Below, in pieces: positions 36,363-44,939 of a stretch of 64,000 nucleotides of DNA. The position numbers and the translations under genes were made by a program. Source of the stretch: a virus (lineage: Duplodnaviria; Caudoviricetes); IMG/VR virus record IMGVR_UViG_2563367078_000003, positions 46,946 to 110,945 of that record; one strand, 5' to 3'. How positions within the stretch are numbered: the stretch's first letter is position 1; the number at the start of each line of letters is the position of its first letter. The notes under the pieces were generated by a model. The model saw only the letters and a list, made by a program, of their open reading frames with translations. It did not search any database and was not told the origin of the DNA.

Positions 36363-37949
36363 TCAACCGCGATAGAACCAGATATTCGCCGGTTTGGTGA
36401 AAATGTGCTTTTTGTAGCCGAAATAGGCGAGTGTCATCGCGGTCAGCGGGGTAATGTCGGCCGAGGATTCGATCTTGTCCCACGCCCACAGCTCTTGAAG
36501 TTTGCGGGTGTTCGCGTTCGCGACGGCGATATCGAGAGGAGCTTGGTCGATGTGCGTGAACTCGCCTTTTTCCTTGTTGCCCTTCAGCACGATCGAGTCT
36601 TTGAAGTCGCCGCAGCCTTGCGCGTATTCGCGGGTGGTGACGGTTTCGACTTTGACGCCGCGTGATTCGAGTTCGGGAATCAGTCGACCGGCCGGAGTAG
36701 CGGGATTCACGACAACGAAAGCCGGTTTGTTGGCCTTCCAGATGTCGACGACGCGCTCAACAGCCCATTTGATACCGGGGCGATAGTCGAAAAGCTTTTC
36801 TTCTTCGATGCCGGTGATTTCGCCGTGGATCTGCTTGTCTTCGTTCGCGCCTACGGCGGTGATGCACGTCCAGTCGGCGTCGGGCGAGGAGTCCAGAGCG
36901 AGGCAGAACTTCCCTTGCAGCTGCGACAGCGCGTTACGCCGGTCATCCCACGCGGTTTTCGAGATGACACGCCAGCCACCGTCCTCTGCGGGCCAATCAC
37001 CTACGGACAGACGCTCTTTCGCGAAGCCGGCGGGCGACATCGCCTTCTTCTCGGTCTCGCGGATGTACTCCTCGGAGATCCGAATTCCCAAGGCGGGGTT
37101 GGCTTTCGCCCACGTGCGGGGGTCGTTGGCGTCGTCGTGGTCTTCGCAGTCCGGCGGGCAGTACGACGTGCACAGTTCGACGCTCCACTCCATCCAGCCG
37201 AAGCGGACTTCGCGGGCTTCCTTGGCGATCACCTTCATGGCGCGGTTGCGGGCCCGGCCGAAGTGCTCGGCTTCTGCGGTACCGGCGGACCCGGCGTAGA
37301 TGATCTGGTGATTCGGCTGCGCGGATACCGTGGGCATGGAGGCTTCGATGACCGAGCTGTCGAGGTTTTTCATCGCCTCGTCGTAGACAACCAGCGGAGC
37401 CGAGAACCCGCGTCCCGTGCTGCCCGACCTCGCCTTGAAGATCAACTTCTGGCCGCTGCGGAGATAGATGCCTTCTTGGCCGTGACCGGCTTTGATCTGC
37501 AGGACTTCGCTGCGGAGGTCGGGGGTGTCCTCGATCAGTCGGCGGATGCGCTCGAAGTGCTTCTGCGACGTGTCGAATAGGTGCGCCGAGTGGATGATCT
37601 CCTTCTCGCCGAACAAAAACAGACCAGCCAGTTCGCGAGCTTCGAGGATTCCGCCTTTTCCGTTCTGTCTGGCTACCACAAGCCCGAATTCGGCTGCCGC
37701 CCACTGGTTTTCGTAGCGGCCGTTGACCTCGTCCCAGTACTCTTCGTCGCGGATCGCGAGCATGTTCTCCAGGACGAGGCACTGCCACGGATCGAGTTCC
37801 AGGCCAGCGACTCGCGCGAGATCAATCGCCTCGGAAGCGCGGCTGTCGACCGCCTTGTACTCTGGGGGCAGCCTTCGTGCCGAGTCCGGAATCGTGTGAT
37901 GGCTCGGGTACTGGTCGCCGATCAGCGGCGCGGTTACGTATGGAGGCAA
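36363..37949 (-). CDS. terL: terminase large subunit
   Basis: PWQ, ARQNGKG Walker A, VYDEA Walker B, ANPALG, LD, DITPL. Confidence 0.95.
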   Translation of the reverse strand: MPPYVTAPLIGDQYPSHHTIPDSARRLPPEYKAVDSRASEAIDLARVAGLELDPWQCLVLENMLAIRDEEYWDEVNGRYENQWAAAEFGLVVARQNGKGGILEARELAGLFLFGEKEIIHSAHLFDTSQKHFERIRRLIEDTPDLRSEVLQIKAGHGQEGIYLRSGQKLIFKARSGSTGRGFSAPLVVYDEAMKNLDSSVIEASMPTVSAQPNHQIIYAGSAGTAEAEHFGRARNRAMKVIAKEAREVRFGWMEWSVELCTSYCPPDCEDHDDANDPRTWAKANPALGIRISEEYIRETEKKAMSPAGFAKERLSVGDWPAEDGGWRVISKTAWDDRRNALSQLQGKFCLALDSSPDADWTCITAVGANEDKQIHGEITGIEEEKLFDYRPGIKWAVERVVDIWKANKPAFVVVNPATPAGRLIPELESRGVKVETVTTREYAQGCGDFKDSIVLKGNKEKGEFTHIDQAPLDIAVANANTRKLQELWAWDKIESSADITPLTAMTLAYFGYKKHIFTKPANIWFYRG

Positions 37950-38208
37950 GACTGATTACCCCCTTGGCAGCTTCCGCTTCTAGATCTTGTTCGGCCGGAA
38001 GGGCTGCAAGATCCTCGATGATCTTCTGTAGGCGCAGGACAAGCGCGGCGGTGTCTCCGGTGCGGAGCTGGCTCATCGCGCATTTGCTGCAGCGGTTGCC
38101 TTCGAGTTCGTGAGCGACGTAGTCCCGCAACGCAATCAAGCTCCGGCGGGTGTCACCGGATTCGACCTCGGTGGTGAGCGATTTCTGATCGATGAATTCT
38201 TCGGTCAT
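37822..38208 (-). CDS. terminase small subunit (probable)
   Basis: L.ALRD..A.EL..DTAAL..RL..I; overlaps terL start. Confidence 0.7.
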   Translation of the reverse strand: MTEEFIDQKSLTTEVESGDTRRSLIALRDYVAHELEGNRCSKCAMSQLRTGDTAALVLRLQKIIEDLAALPAEQDLEAEAAKGVISLASIRNRAADRRPVPEPSHDSGLGTKAAPRVQGGRQPRFRGD

Positions 38209-38876
38209 TCGGGCCTGATCGAATCTGTGAGAACTTCCGGCCGGATTTTGCGAGTCCGGATCTCCGGAAGAATGGGATACGTGCGCGGGTCGGCTGGCAC
38301 GAGGTGAATTCGGCTGCCGACGACCTTGCCGTTGATCAGCGGCCACGTCGGTTCGATATTGCCGCCTTCATCCGCCGCGTGGACGATGATGGTTGCGGCG
38401 TCGGCACCATGGCCGGTTTCTGCGGCGAATTCGGTGACGGTCGCTATCGCAGATTCGGTGCCTGAGCCGGTATCGCTGCCGGAGGCAATGTTGATCGCTT
38501 TGCCGGAGTCGACGCCGGAACCGGTATCCGCAGTTGCCGTCACAGTGACGTTAGCGGTGTCGACTCCAGAGCCGGTGTCCGCTGTTGTATCGGTGATGTT
38601 CGCGGTGTCCGCGCCGGAGCCGGTGTCCGCGTCGGTCGTCGTGATGCCGGAAGCCGAGTCCGCACCCGAGCCGGTATCGCTGCCCGCAACAACGTTGGTT
38701 GCTATCGCGGTATCCGCGCCGGAGCCGGTGTCACTGACGATGAACGTGACCGCCGAGACGACTGCGGAGTCAGCGCCCGAGCCGGAATCCGAAGCGGAAA
38801 CAACTACTGGGCCGGAACTGGCTTTCGGTTTGTTGATGTAGTTCCGGACTGGGAATGTGCGGCCTATCCGGGCCAT
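38205..38876 (-). CDS. repeat (DTGSGAD) fibre-like structural protein
   Basis: about eight D(T/S)G(S/H)G(A/V/T)(D/E) repeats; GGAGGT RBS. Confidence 0.75.
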   Translation of the reverse strand: MARIGRTFPVRNYINKPKASSGPVVVSASDSGSGADSAVVSAVTFIVSDTGSGADTAIATNVVAGSDTGSGADSASGITTTDADTGSGADTANITDTTADTGSGVDTANVTVTATADTGSGVDSGKAINIASGSDTGSGTESAIATVTEFAAETGHGADAATIIVHAADEGGNIEPTWPLINGKVVGSRIHLVPADPRTYPILPEIRTRKIRPEVLTDSIRPE

Positions 38877-38931
38877 GGGTTACCTCCAGGCCGAACGACC
38901 ACCTAATTCGCAAACTGCGGTGTGATGTAGC

Positions 38932-39447
38932 TCACTCTTCCCATATGCAATAGCAAGTCACATTGATCGCGGTGCTCGCGGTGGGAGTTGCGCGGATTCG
39001 AAGAACGTTGCCTGCGGGGATTTCCCATTCGCGACCGAGCGGCCACAGTCGGCTGTAATACAAGCCGTTCTCGTAGTGGTAGTCGAAAAGCCTGGTCGAG
39101 GTGATGGATCCTTCAGCGGAGGCGTTGTAACCGGTCGCCGAGGTGCCGAGGGTGACGCTGCTGGATACGCCGGTCGGGACATTGACTTTATGAATTCCGG
39201 CGGCGACATGCGCGGTAACGGTCGCGGCGACAGAGCCGGTTTCGATCAGCTCCATGCGGCAGTTGTTGGCCGGAGCAGTATCGAAGGTGTATCCCCACTC
39301 GAGGACGCGAATCGGATTGCCCGTGCCGGTCTGAATCTGAAGCAAAGTCTTGACGGTGCCGGAAGTGGCGGAGGTGGCGTTGGTGGCAACCGGAGACGTC
39401 AGAGCGCCCGTCGCATTGTTCCACGCTGCAAAACAGGCTGCTGGCAC
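38932..39447 (-). CDS. structural (fibre/spike-associated) protein
   Basis: beta-rich, ends WEE; AGGAG RBS. Confidence 0.65.
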   Translation of the reverse strand: MPAACFAAWNNATGALTSPVATNATSATSGTVKTLLQIQTGTGNPIRVLEWGYTFDTAPANNCRMELIETGSVAATVTAHVAAGIHKVNVPTGVSSSVTLGTSATGYNASAEGSITSTRLFDYHYENGLYYSRLWPLGREWEIPAGNVLRIRATPTASTAINVTCYCIWEE

Positions 39448-39456
39448 GAAAGTCTC

Positions 39457-40149
39457 CTAATACAGATTCGACCGCGTGACCGAAGTACTGAGTCGGTTAT
39501 CTTGATGAATGATGGTCGGGCTGGGAATAGCGACTGTGAGCGCTGTATAGGTGCCCGCGAAGGTGACGCCGGTCCATGCTCCGGGAGTCTGACTGGATGC
39601 GATGGCGTTGAGTTCGGCGCTGGCAATGAATGCGTCGGTCGTGACGCCAGAAGTGCCCGTGTTAGCCGATTGGTAATTGCTCCAGCCACTGGGAGCGCCG
39701 GTCGGGTCGTAGAAGGTCGGCCGCGTTCCGGCATCGATGATCAACCACTGATAGCTGATATTGCCGAGGGGTGGCGTAAGAGCTGGAGAGGTGGGCGATG
39801 TCGAGCTGCCGGTTGCCGATGCGACCGCGATTCCGCCGCCGGGCCATGCACCGGTCAATCGTAGGGACGCCCAGGCCGCCTGCACCGACGCGCTCGAGGT
39901 GACCGTCAACGAGCTGACCGGGCCCTGCTCTCCGGTGAAGAGGGTGATGTAGATGCCGCTGGCCGCGCCCCAGGTACCTGCGATGCTCCAGCCCGCCGAG
40001 GACGTGGAAAGTGTTGCGGCCGATGGGGTTGTCACGAAGACGAGATAGAGGTCACCGGTATTGGCGCTGGTGTTGGGGAGCGTGACGGAGTACGAAGTTC
40101 CTGCGCTCGAGGTGTTTCCGGTACTGCGCTGGGCGACGGCGATTGTCAC
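39457..40149 (-). CDS. Ser/Thr-rich beta protein, fibre-like
   Basis: GDL..FV..GW.. pattern typical of actinophage fibre domains. Confidence 0.7.
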   Translation of the reverse strand: MTIAVAQRSTGNTSSAGTSYSVTLPNTSANTGDLYLVFVTTPSAATLSTSSAGWSIAGTWGAASGIYITLFTGEQGPVSSLTVTSSASVQAAWASLRLTGAWPGGGIAVASATGSSTSPTSPALTPPLGNISYQWLIIDAGTRPTFYDPTGAPSGWSNYQSANTGTSGVTTDAFIASAELNAIASSQTPGAWTGVTFAGTYTALTVAIPSPTIIHQDNRLSTSVTRSNLY

Positions 40150-40169
40150 TGCATCACCACCCGAGGACG

Positions 40170-40187
40170 ATCGTTAGCTTTGCTAAA
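40170..40187. promoter_or_regulatory. 18-bp repeat, copy 2
   Basis: identical to 17782-17799. Confidence 0.65.
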
Positions 40188-40189
40188 CA

Positions 40190-40866
40190 CCAGACTTGCC
40201 CGCGCGGTGGTTGTGGATTACACCGGGAGAGAAGGGAAGTGGAGGGAGCGCAGGGGTACCCCGGTACTGCGAAGCACGGATACACCCTTGACGCGATTAC
40301 ACCGGTCGCTTCGGTCGCTACGGTCGCTTGGTATGTACGCAGGCGCGGGGATTATTCGGCCTGCCGGGACTGGGATACTGCACAGAGTCCGGCCACCGGC
40401 GCAGAGCACGGGGAACCCGGATGCCGCCAGATGATCCGCCCAGCTGCCGCCAGGTCGCTCCGAGTCCGCCTTTACGCGCAACTCTGTGTCATCGGATGGT
40501 TGCAGCAGCCCCTCTGACGGGCGACGACTGCGCGGGCAAGGCGCATCACCCGCGACGGTGCCTACGGGCGCAACGGCCAAGGGGTGAGTGGCTGATCAGC
40601 CAGAATCGTGAGGTAGGATGTGGTCCTACGGCGCGGATCTGCTATACCCAGGTTCTCGCCCAGGCCCCGGTTGATGCTGTGAACATCTTCCGGGGCTGAC
40701 TTGTATCTGGGACAGTAGCACAGCGATCTCGAGGTGCACGTGAACCCGGCGGCCTCGCGATTGAGGTTCGTCCGCCCTACCGTGTATCATGGTGTGCGCG
40801 GGACGCATTAGCGTCTCTGAAGTGAACCCGGCAGCCATCCGGACGGTTGGTGAGCCGGGTTTCGCG
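40190..40866 (+). ncRNA. candidate large structured RNA, antisense to late operon
   Basis: 720-nt gap with no credible ORF; many nested stems whose wobble pairs are G-U only on the + strand. Confidence 0.6.
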
Positions 40867-40869
40867 CAT

Positions 40870-41460
40870 CTAGGACAGGGTAAGTGTCGCAGCGAGCGAC
40901 CAGATAGCCCCACTGGATTTCGTTCCGAGGCTTTGGATCTTGTGATTCAGCAATACCGGCGAGGTGCCGACAGAGGCGAGAGTCGTTCCAGCGGTGATAG
41001 TTCCGGACGCGACCGCCCAGCCCCATTCCTGCCAGGCGAAGTTCGCATTGCCCGACTGGTACGTACACGTGATATTGATCGTGCCGTTGGACTGCGTCGG
41101 AGAACCTGAGTCGGCTTGCTGGTAATACGCATTCGCCGTACCGTCCGCGCCGAGCGCAGTATCACCAATCACCGCAGTGGTCGTGGAGTTACCAACGCCG
41201 ACAACCGCATCCGCGTGAGCCAGTGGGGTTCCGCCGCCACCGATGATCAGATTGGTGATTCGGTTAAGGCCGACCGTGGTCAACAGGTTGCCGGGAACGT
41301 CGACAATGTCGTCCGGGACCAGCAGCCCGATAGATTCCAGATGCCGGAGGTGATATCCGGTGGGCTCGTGCCCGAACTGGTTTGTCAGTCGCTCGACGGT
41401 CTCAGGCTCGTACTTGATGACCTTCGCCGTCATATTCCATTTGATGCCGTCGCCAGCCAT
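40870..41460 (-). CDS. structural protein (fibre-attachment type)
   Basis: NLLTT.G..VGVG.STT....DT.L..ANFAWQEWG..NHK...LGTK. Confidence 0.75.
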   Translation of the reverse strand: MAGDGIKWNMTAKVIKYEPETVERLTNQFGHEPTGYHLRHLESIGLLVPDDIVDVPGNLLTTVGLNRITNLIIGGGGTPLAHADAVVGVGNSTTTAVIGDTALGADGTANAYYQQADSGSPTQSNGTINITCTYQSGNANFAWQEWGWAVASGTITAGTTLASVGTSPVLLNHKIQSLGTKSSGAIWSLAATLTLS

Positions 41461-41517
41461 GATGGACGTCCTCTATGAAGTTCTTGAATGCAGGCATTAG
41501 TACGTCTGCATGAGTGA

Positions 41518-41811
41518 TCACTGGTTTTCGATGATGATCCGAATGGATCTGGCCCTCGTCCGGCCGCCGACAGTCACGATGGTGTTGGTGACCGTGTAAT
41601 AGTTCGGGATGCTGCCGCCGGAGACCCAGACGACGCAAAAAGTAGGGTTCGGCGGCGATGCGCTCAGGCCGAGGTCGCTGGGCGAGGATGTGACAGCCAT
41701 TGTCGACGACGCGATCGTGTCATTGATAGGCGCGAGCCACTGCGACCAGTCGAACAGGTAATCCAGGACGTCGCCGGGGTTTTTCCTAAATTCGTCGGCT
41801 ATCGGACTCAC
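41518..41811 (-). CDS. fibre/tail adaptor-like protein
   Basis: K.P.DVLDY.FDWS.WL..D.I..S..VWVSGG...Y.VTN.I.T.GGR. Confidence 0.75.
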   Translation of the reverse strand: MSPIADEFRKNPGDVLDYLFDWSQWLAPINDTIASSTMAVTSSPSDLGLSASPPNPTFCVVWVSGGSIPNYYTVTNTIVTVGGRTRARSIRIIIENQ

Positions 41812-41832
41812 CCCTGGCGTTTTCAGGTCAAA

Positions 41833-42111
41833 TCAGCCCCATTTGCGGGAAATATTGACGTTTTGTTCGTAGTGTCCGCCGCGCTTTTCATTGCAGTCGC
41901 GATGCGCTGGTCGAATATTGGATGGGTCGTAGATGCGATGTGGCGCGAGATGGCGCGGCTGCACATGATCGGCGGTCCAGCCCCACTTGGCAGTTCCAGG
42001 CAGCGACAGATCTATCTCCGCGCCGCAGATGTGACACACCGGAGCCAGAGTCGCTTTCAGGCGTCTACACAGATTTTTCCACTCGGCGGTCTTCAGCTCC
42101 GGTGCGGACAT
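41833..42111 (-). CDS. small HNH endonuclease (packaging-associated type)
   Basis: CHICG..DH..P..N.RPAH..CN..RG. Confidence 0.85.
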   Translation of the reverse strand: MSAPELKTAEWKNLCRRLKATLAPVCHICGAEIDLSLPGTAKWGWTADHVQPRHLAPHRIYDPSNIRPAHRDCNEKRGGHYEQNVNISRKWG

Positions 42112-42223
42112 TCAGATCAGATCCAACCCTGCGCGAACGCGTAATCGACGATGTTCTCGACGAGAGTCCAAGCGCCATGCAGAGCGCCCAAAAGATAAAC
42201 CACGGTAGTCACCTCCATTTCCG

Positions 42224-42862
42224 TTACTGAAAAACCACTCCGGATGCGGTGGTCGAATAATCGGCTGCCGAAAAGTCGTAGTCGGTGTGCGCACCGAGGA
42301 AGTAACCAATCGGGCCAGCGACGGCGTTGCAGACACCATCGGCCGCGTGACACACCTCGAGGACCGGCACCGAACCGAAGTCGGCGTCAGCGCCGGAGTA
42401 GTCGGGGTACGGCAGCCACTCCATCGGCGCGACAGCCATGAAGCCGGGTCCGCCGGGGCCAGCGACGCGCTTCGGATCCGCGAGGAGGACAGCGTTGAGA
42501 TTGGAGGCCGATTTGTGCTCGCTGACCCAGACGTGGACGACCGCAGCGCCGCCGGAGTGACCCAGGAGCAGGATGTGGTCGGCCGGGCACTGAGCGCGGT
42601 GATCGTCGACAAGCCGGTTCAGCTCGTGCACGCCAGCCGGGAGATCGATCGAGTTGTAGCCGACGCGCTGATCGACCTGCAGATAGTCGGAGTCCTCAGC
42701 CGTGAATGCCAGCGGCCAGCCGAAGTTGACCCGAAGGCCGCCGACTCCGATCGACCACACGCCGGTACAGACATCGGCATACGCGGGAGCGGGGATGAAA
42801 GGAAGAATGCCGCCGATCGCCAAAACCGCAGCGAAGAACAGGCTCAGACATTTGCGGACCAC
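42224..42862 (-). CDS. secreted cutinase/PE-PPE-like alpha/beta hydrolase
   Basis: signal peptide AYA; GHSGG nucleophile, LLADPK, C..D.VC..H. Confidence 0.8.
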   Translation of the reverse strand: MVRKCLSLFFAAVLAIGGILPFIPAPAYADVCTGVWSIGVGGLRVNFGWPLAFTAEDSDYLQVDQRVGYNSIDLPAGVHELNRLVDDHRAQCPADHILLLGHSGGAAVVHVWVSEHKSASNLNAVLLADPKRVAGPGGPGFMAVAPMEWLPYPDYSGADADFGSVPVLEVCHAADGVCNAVAGPIGYFLGAHTDYDFSAADYSTTASGVVFQ

Positions 42863-42888
42863 GGGCGGCAGCTCTCTCGGAATGGAGT

Positions 42889-42971
42889 AAGAGAAAGCCC
42901 CTCGCGCTGAATCAGCTCAGCCGCCACACCACCAAATCAATAACTGCGGGGCGATATCGAGCGCGAGGGGC
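42889..42971 (-). terminator. terminator-like hairpin in late leader
   Basis: GCCCCTCGCGCT / AGCGCGAGGGGC followed by TTTCTCTT on -. Confidence 0.6.
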
Positions 42972-43028
42972 ATGGTCACCCGGAGTGGAGAAGGCAGCCT
43001 TCAGATCGGCGCAACTCAACGGGTGGCA

Positions 43029-43087
43029 CAAAAAATGCCCCGGCGATTTGCCTGACCTTTTCGGGCCGGTAGGGATCGTTCCGGGGC
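43029..43087 (-). terminator. terminator-like hairpin just after putative late promoter
   Basis: GCCCCGG...CCGGGGC-ATTTTTTG on -. Confidence 0.6.
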
Positions 43088-43132
43088 TTTGCATTGAATT
43101 CGGCGGATGTGGGCATTGAACCGCCTAACGCA

Positions 43133-43141
43133 AGTTTACCA
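43133..43141 (-). promoter_or_regulatory. putative extended -10 late promoter
   Basis: TGGTAAACT (TGn-TAnnnT) on -. Confidence 0.4.
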
Positions 43142-43479
43142 CGACGTGTCAGGTATTCGCATTCAGGTCTATTTCCAAAGCCATTTCCGGCGACATTTAC
43201 GCGGCGGCTCGAGCGAGAAGGCGGCGGTCCAGGCGCTGGGATGGCGAGGCCGAGGACGTCGAATTTGCGCTGATCATGATATTCGTGTACAAGCGGCTCC
43301 TGTTCACGGCGAGCGTGGGGATGGCCGGTTTTGCCGTCACTCTAGTTACCACACGGCTATCCACTTTTTGAACGGCTGCGTGATATCGCTTCGCCCCGAA
43401 ATTAGATACCCCAGGGGGGTACACGGAATTCCTGCTCGAAATTCGGGGAAAAATCGTTCTGGCCTGGTCCTCGGAAAGT

Positions 43480-43892
43480 CATAACCGCAGGTCAGGGCAT
43501 TTTTTCACTAGAGAGAGAAGCGGCTCGGGGGCCGTCCCGTATACCCTCCCCGCCGCCTGGTCGCACCCCCTCCCCCCTATGCCTGGCGTCTCACATTGTG
43601 GGATGGGGTCTCGGATGCTGGGATCGCTGGCTACCGACGGGCATCTAGGGGACCTGGAAGCGGGGGCCCTGCCCGAGATCGGCTGTAGGGACTCGAGCCG
43701 ATCTTGGTAGGGCCCGGCCTATCGGCGTGTCGCGGCGTGTCGTAGTGAGGTATCTCTCATTGACAGGTGGGGATGCATGCTGTATTCACGCGCGGTTCCT
43801 ATCCATCTCCGGACTGCCACGCTGGCACCGAAAACATACTCTGACCTGCGGTTATGCCATGCGTAGCCGTGGGGCGGTGCCTCTGACCTGCG
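43480..43892. repeat. CTGACCTGCG(GTT) motif cluster around possible genome end/packaging site
   Basis: 16-bp IR 43480-43495 / 43841-43856, third copy 43883-43892. Confidence 0.6.
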
Positions 43893-43966
43893 CATTTGCA
43901 CGTGGACACATTGCGTGTACCTTGGACACCAACGGACACCCAACGCACCACTGTGAGGATTGAGTC

Positions 43967-44938
43967 ATGACTACCAACACCAATGCCAACGCCAACACCA
44001 ATGCCAATGCCGATGCCGATGCCGATGCCGATGCCGATGCTGTGCGTACTGCCTTGCTGGCGAGCGACACCGGCATCACCGTAAGTGACCTTGTCGCCGC
44101 TACGGGCGGAACTACGGCCACCGTGCGCAAGGTGCTGGCTGGCCTCGAGTCGGACGGGCTGGCACAGCGTGAGCGCGTCGGGCGTAGCGACCGCTGGTCT
44201 GCCGTTGCCGAGTCTGCCGAGGTTGTGACCGAACGGGGCATGACTCATGCCGGACTGGACGTGGCGGGTACCGGTATCCGTCTGGTGGAAGACACGCCGG
44301 GCGTGTGGATTGCTCTTAAGGGTGGCAACGCACATCGGCCGGGGCTTGCCGCGCGTGTCGGTACTGTCATGGTGATCAGCGAGGGCAAGTTGCTCGCGAT
44401 CGGCGAAGGCATGCAAACTGAATACGTCGAATCGCTCGAGGCGGGGGGTCGGTTCATCGCTGGCACGGTCAAGGTGCGCAAGTCGACTAAATCCGCGCTG
44501 GCACAAGTGAAGCTCGATATCAAGGACAGCGCTCGCGCCCGTAACACCTTGCTCGCGCGCAAGAACGGACTCAACAAAGCCGCGTACGCGACCCTTGCCG
44601 CGCGTATCGAGACTCTTTCCGAGCGCGTGACGGTTGCGAGCGACAAGCATGCAGAGAAGGGCTTGCGTGCCACCGACGCGCGTCTGTTCACGGCTGGTCA
44701 GTCTCTCGAGGAGTCTCAGGCGCGCCAGACGCTCGCTGTTAATCAGTTGGCAGAGGTGAACCGTCGGTTGCGCCTCGAAATCGACAACCTCCGTGCATTG
44801 CGCGACAAGGCGCTCGGTATGGGCGTTCCGCAGTCCGAGGTTGACCAGCTGGTCGCGTCCGTGAAGCGCTCGGGTGATCCCGTAGCGGAAGCTGCGCAGA
44901 TTGCCGAGATGTTCGCTGGTCCCGAACCTGCCGAGTGA
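43967..44938 (+). CDS. wHTH-containing protein with N-terminal (N/D)A repeats and coiled coil
   Basis: TVSDLVAATG.TTATVRKVL..LE.DG...R..W; (GCCGAT)n tract. Confidence 0.75.
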   Translation: MTTNTNANANTNANADADADADADAVRTALLASDTGITVSDLVAATGGTTATVRKVLAGLESDGLAQRERVGRSDRWSAVAESAEVVTERGMTHAGLDVAGTGIRLVEDTPGVWIALKGGNAHRPGLAARVGTVMVISEGKLLAIGEGMQTEYVESLEAGGRFIAGTVKVRKSTKSALAQVKLDIKDSARARNTLLARKNGLNKAAYATLAARIETLSERVTVASDKHAEKGLRATDARLFTAGQSLEESQARQTLAVNQLAEVNRRLRLEIDNLRALRDKALGMGVPQSEVDQLVASVKRSGDPVAEAAQIAEMFAGPEPAE

Positions 44939-44939
44939 A

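Noticed and set aside
38400-38800. CRISPR array or DNA repeat element (GAGCCGGTRTC repeats)
   Set aside because: The repeats are codon-degenerate and explained by the DTGSGAD protein repeat; no cas genes.
40190-40866. Identification as RNase P RNA, tmRNA or group II intron
   Set aside because: Only superficial similarities (AGUCCGG..CAGAGCA; AGCC..ACGGUU). There is no GAGGAAAGUCC/ACAGAA..CGGCUUA pair, no tmRNA ends and no full domain V, and the flanking genes are not interrupted.
41518-42111. Readthrough fusion of HNH into the adaptor gene (same frame, TGA then 7 codons)
   Set aside because: Same-frame adjacency occurs one time in three; the proteins are unrelated and no recoding signal is evident.
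43197-43424. ORF ending LLARAAA as a tmRNA tag
   Set aside because: No tRNA-like ends or resume context; no RBS; likely a spurious ORF.
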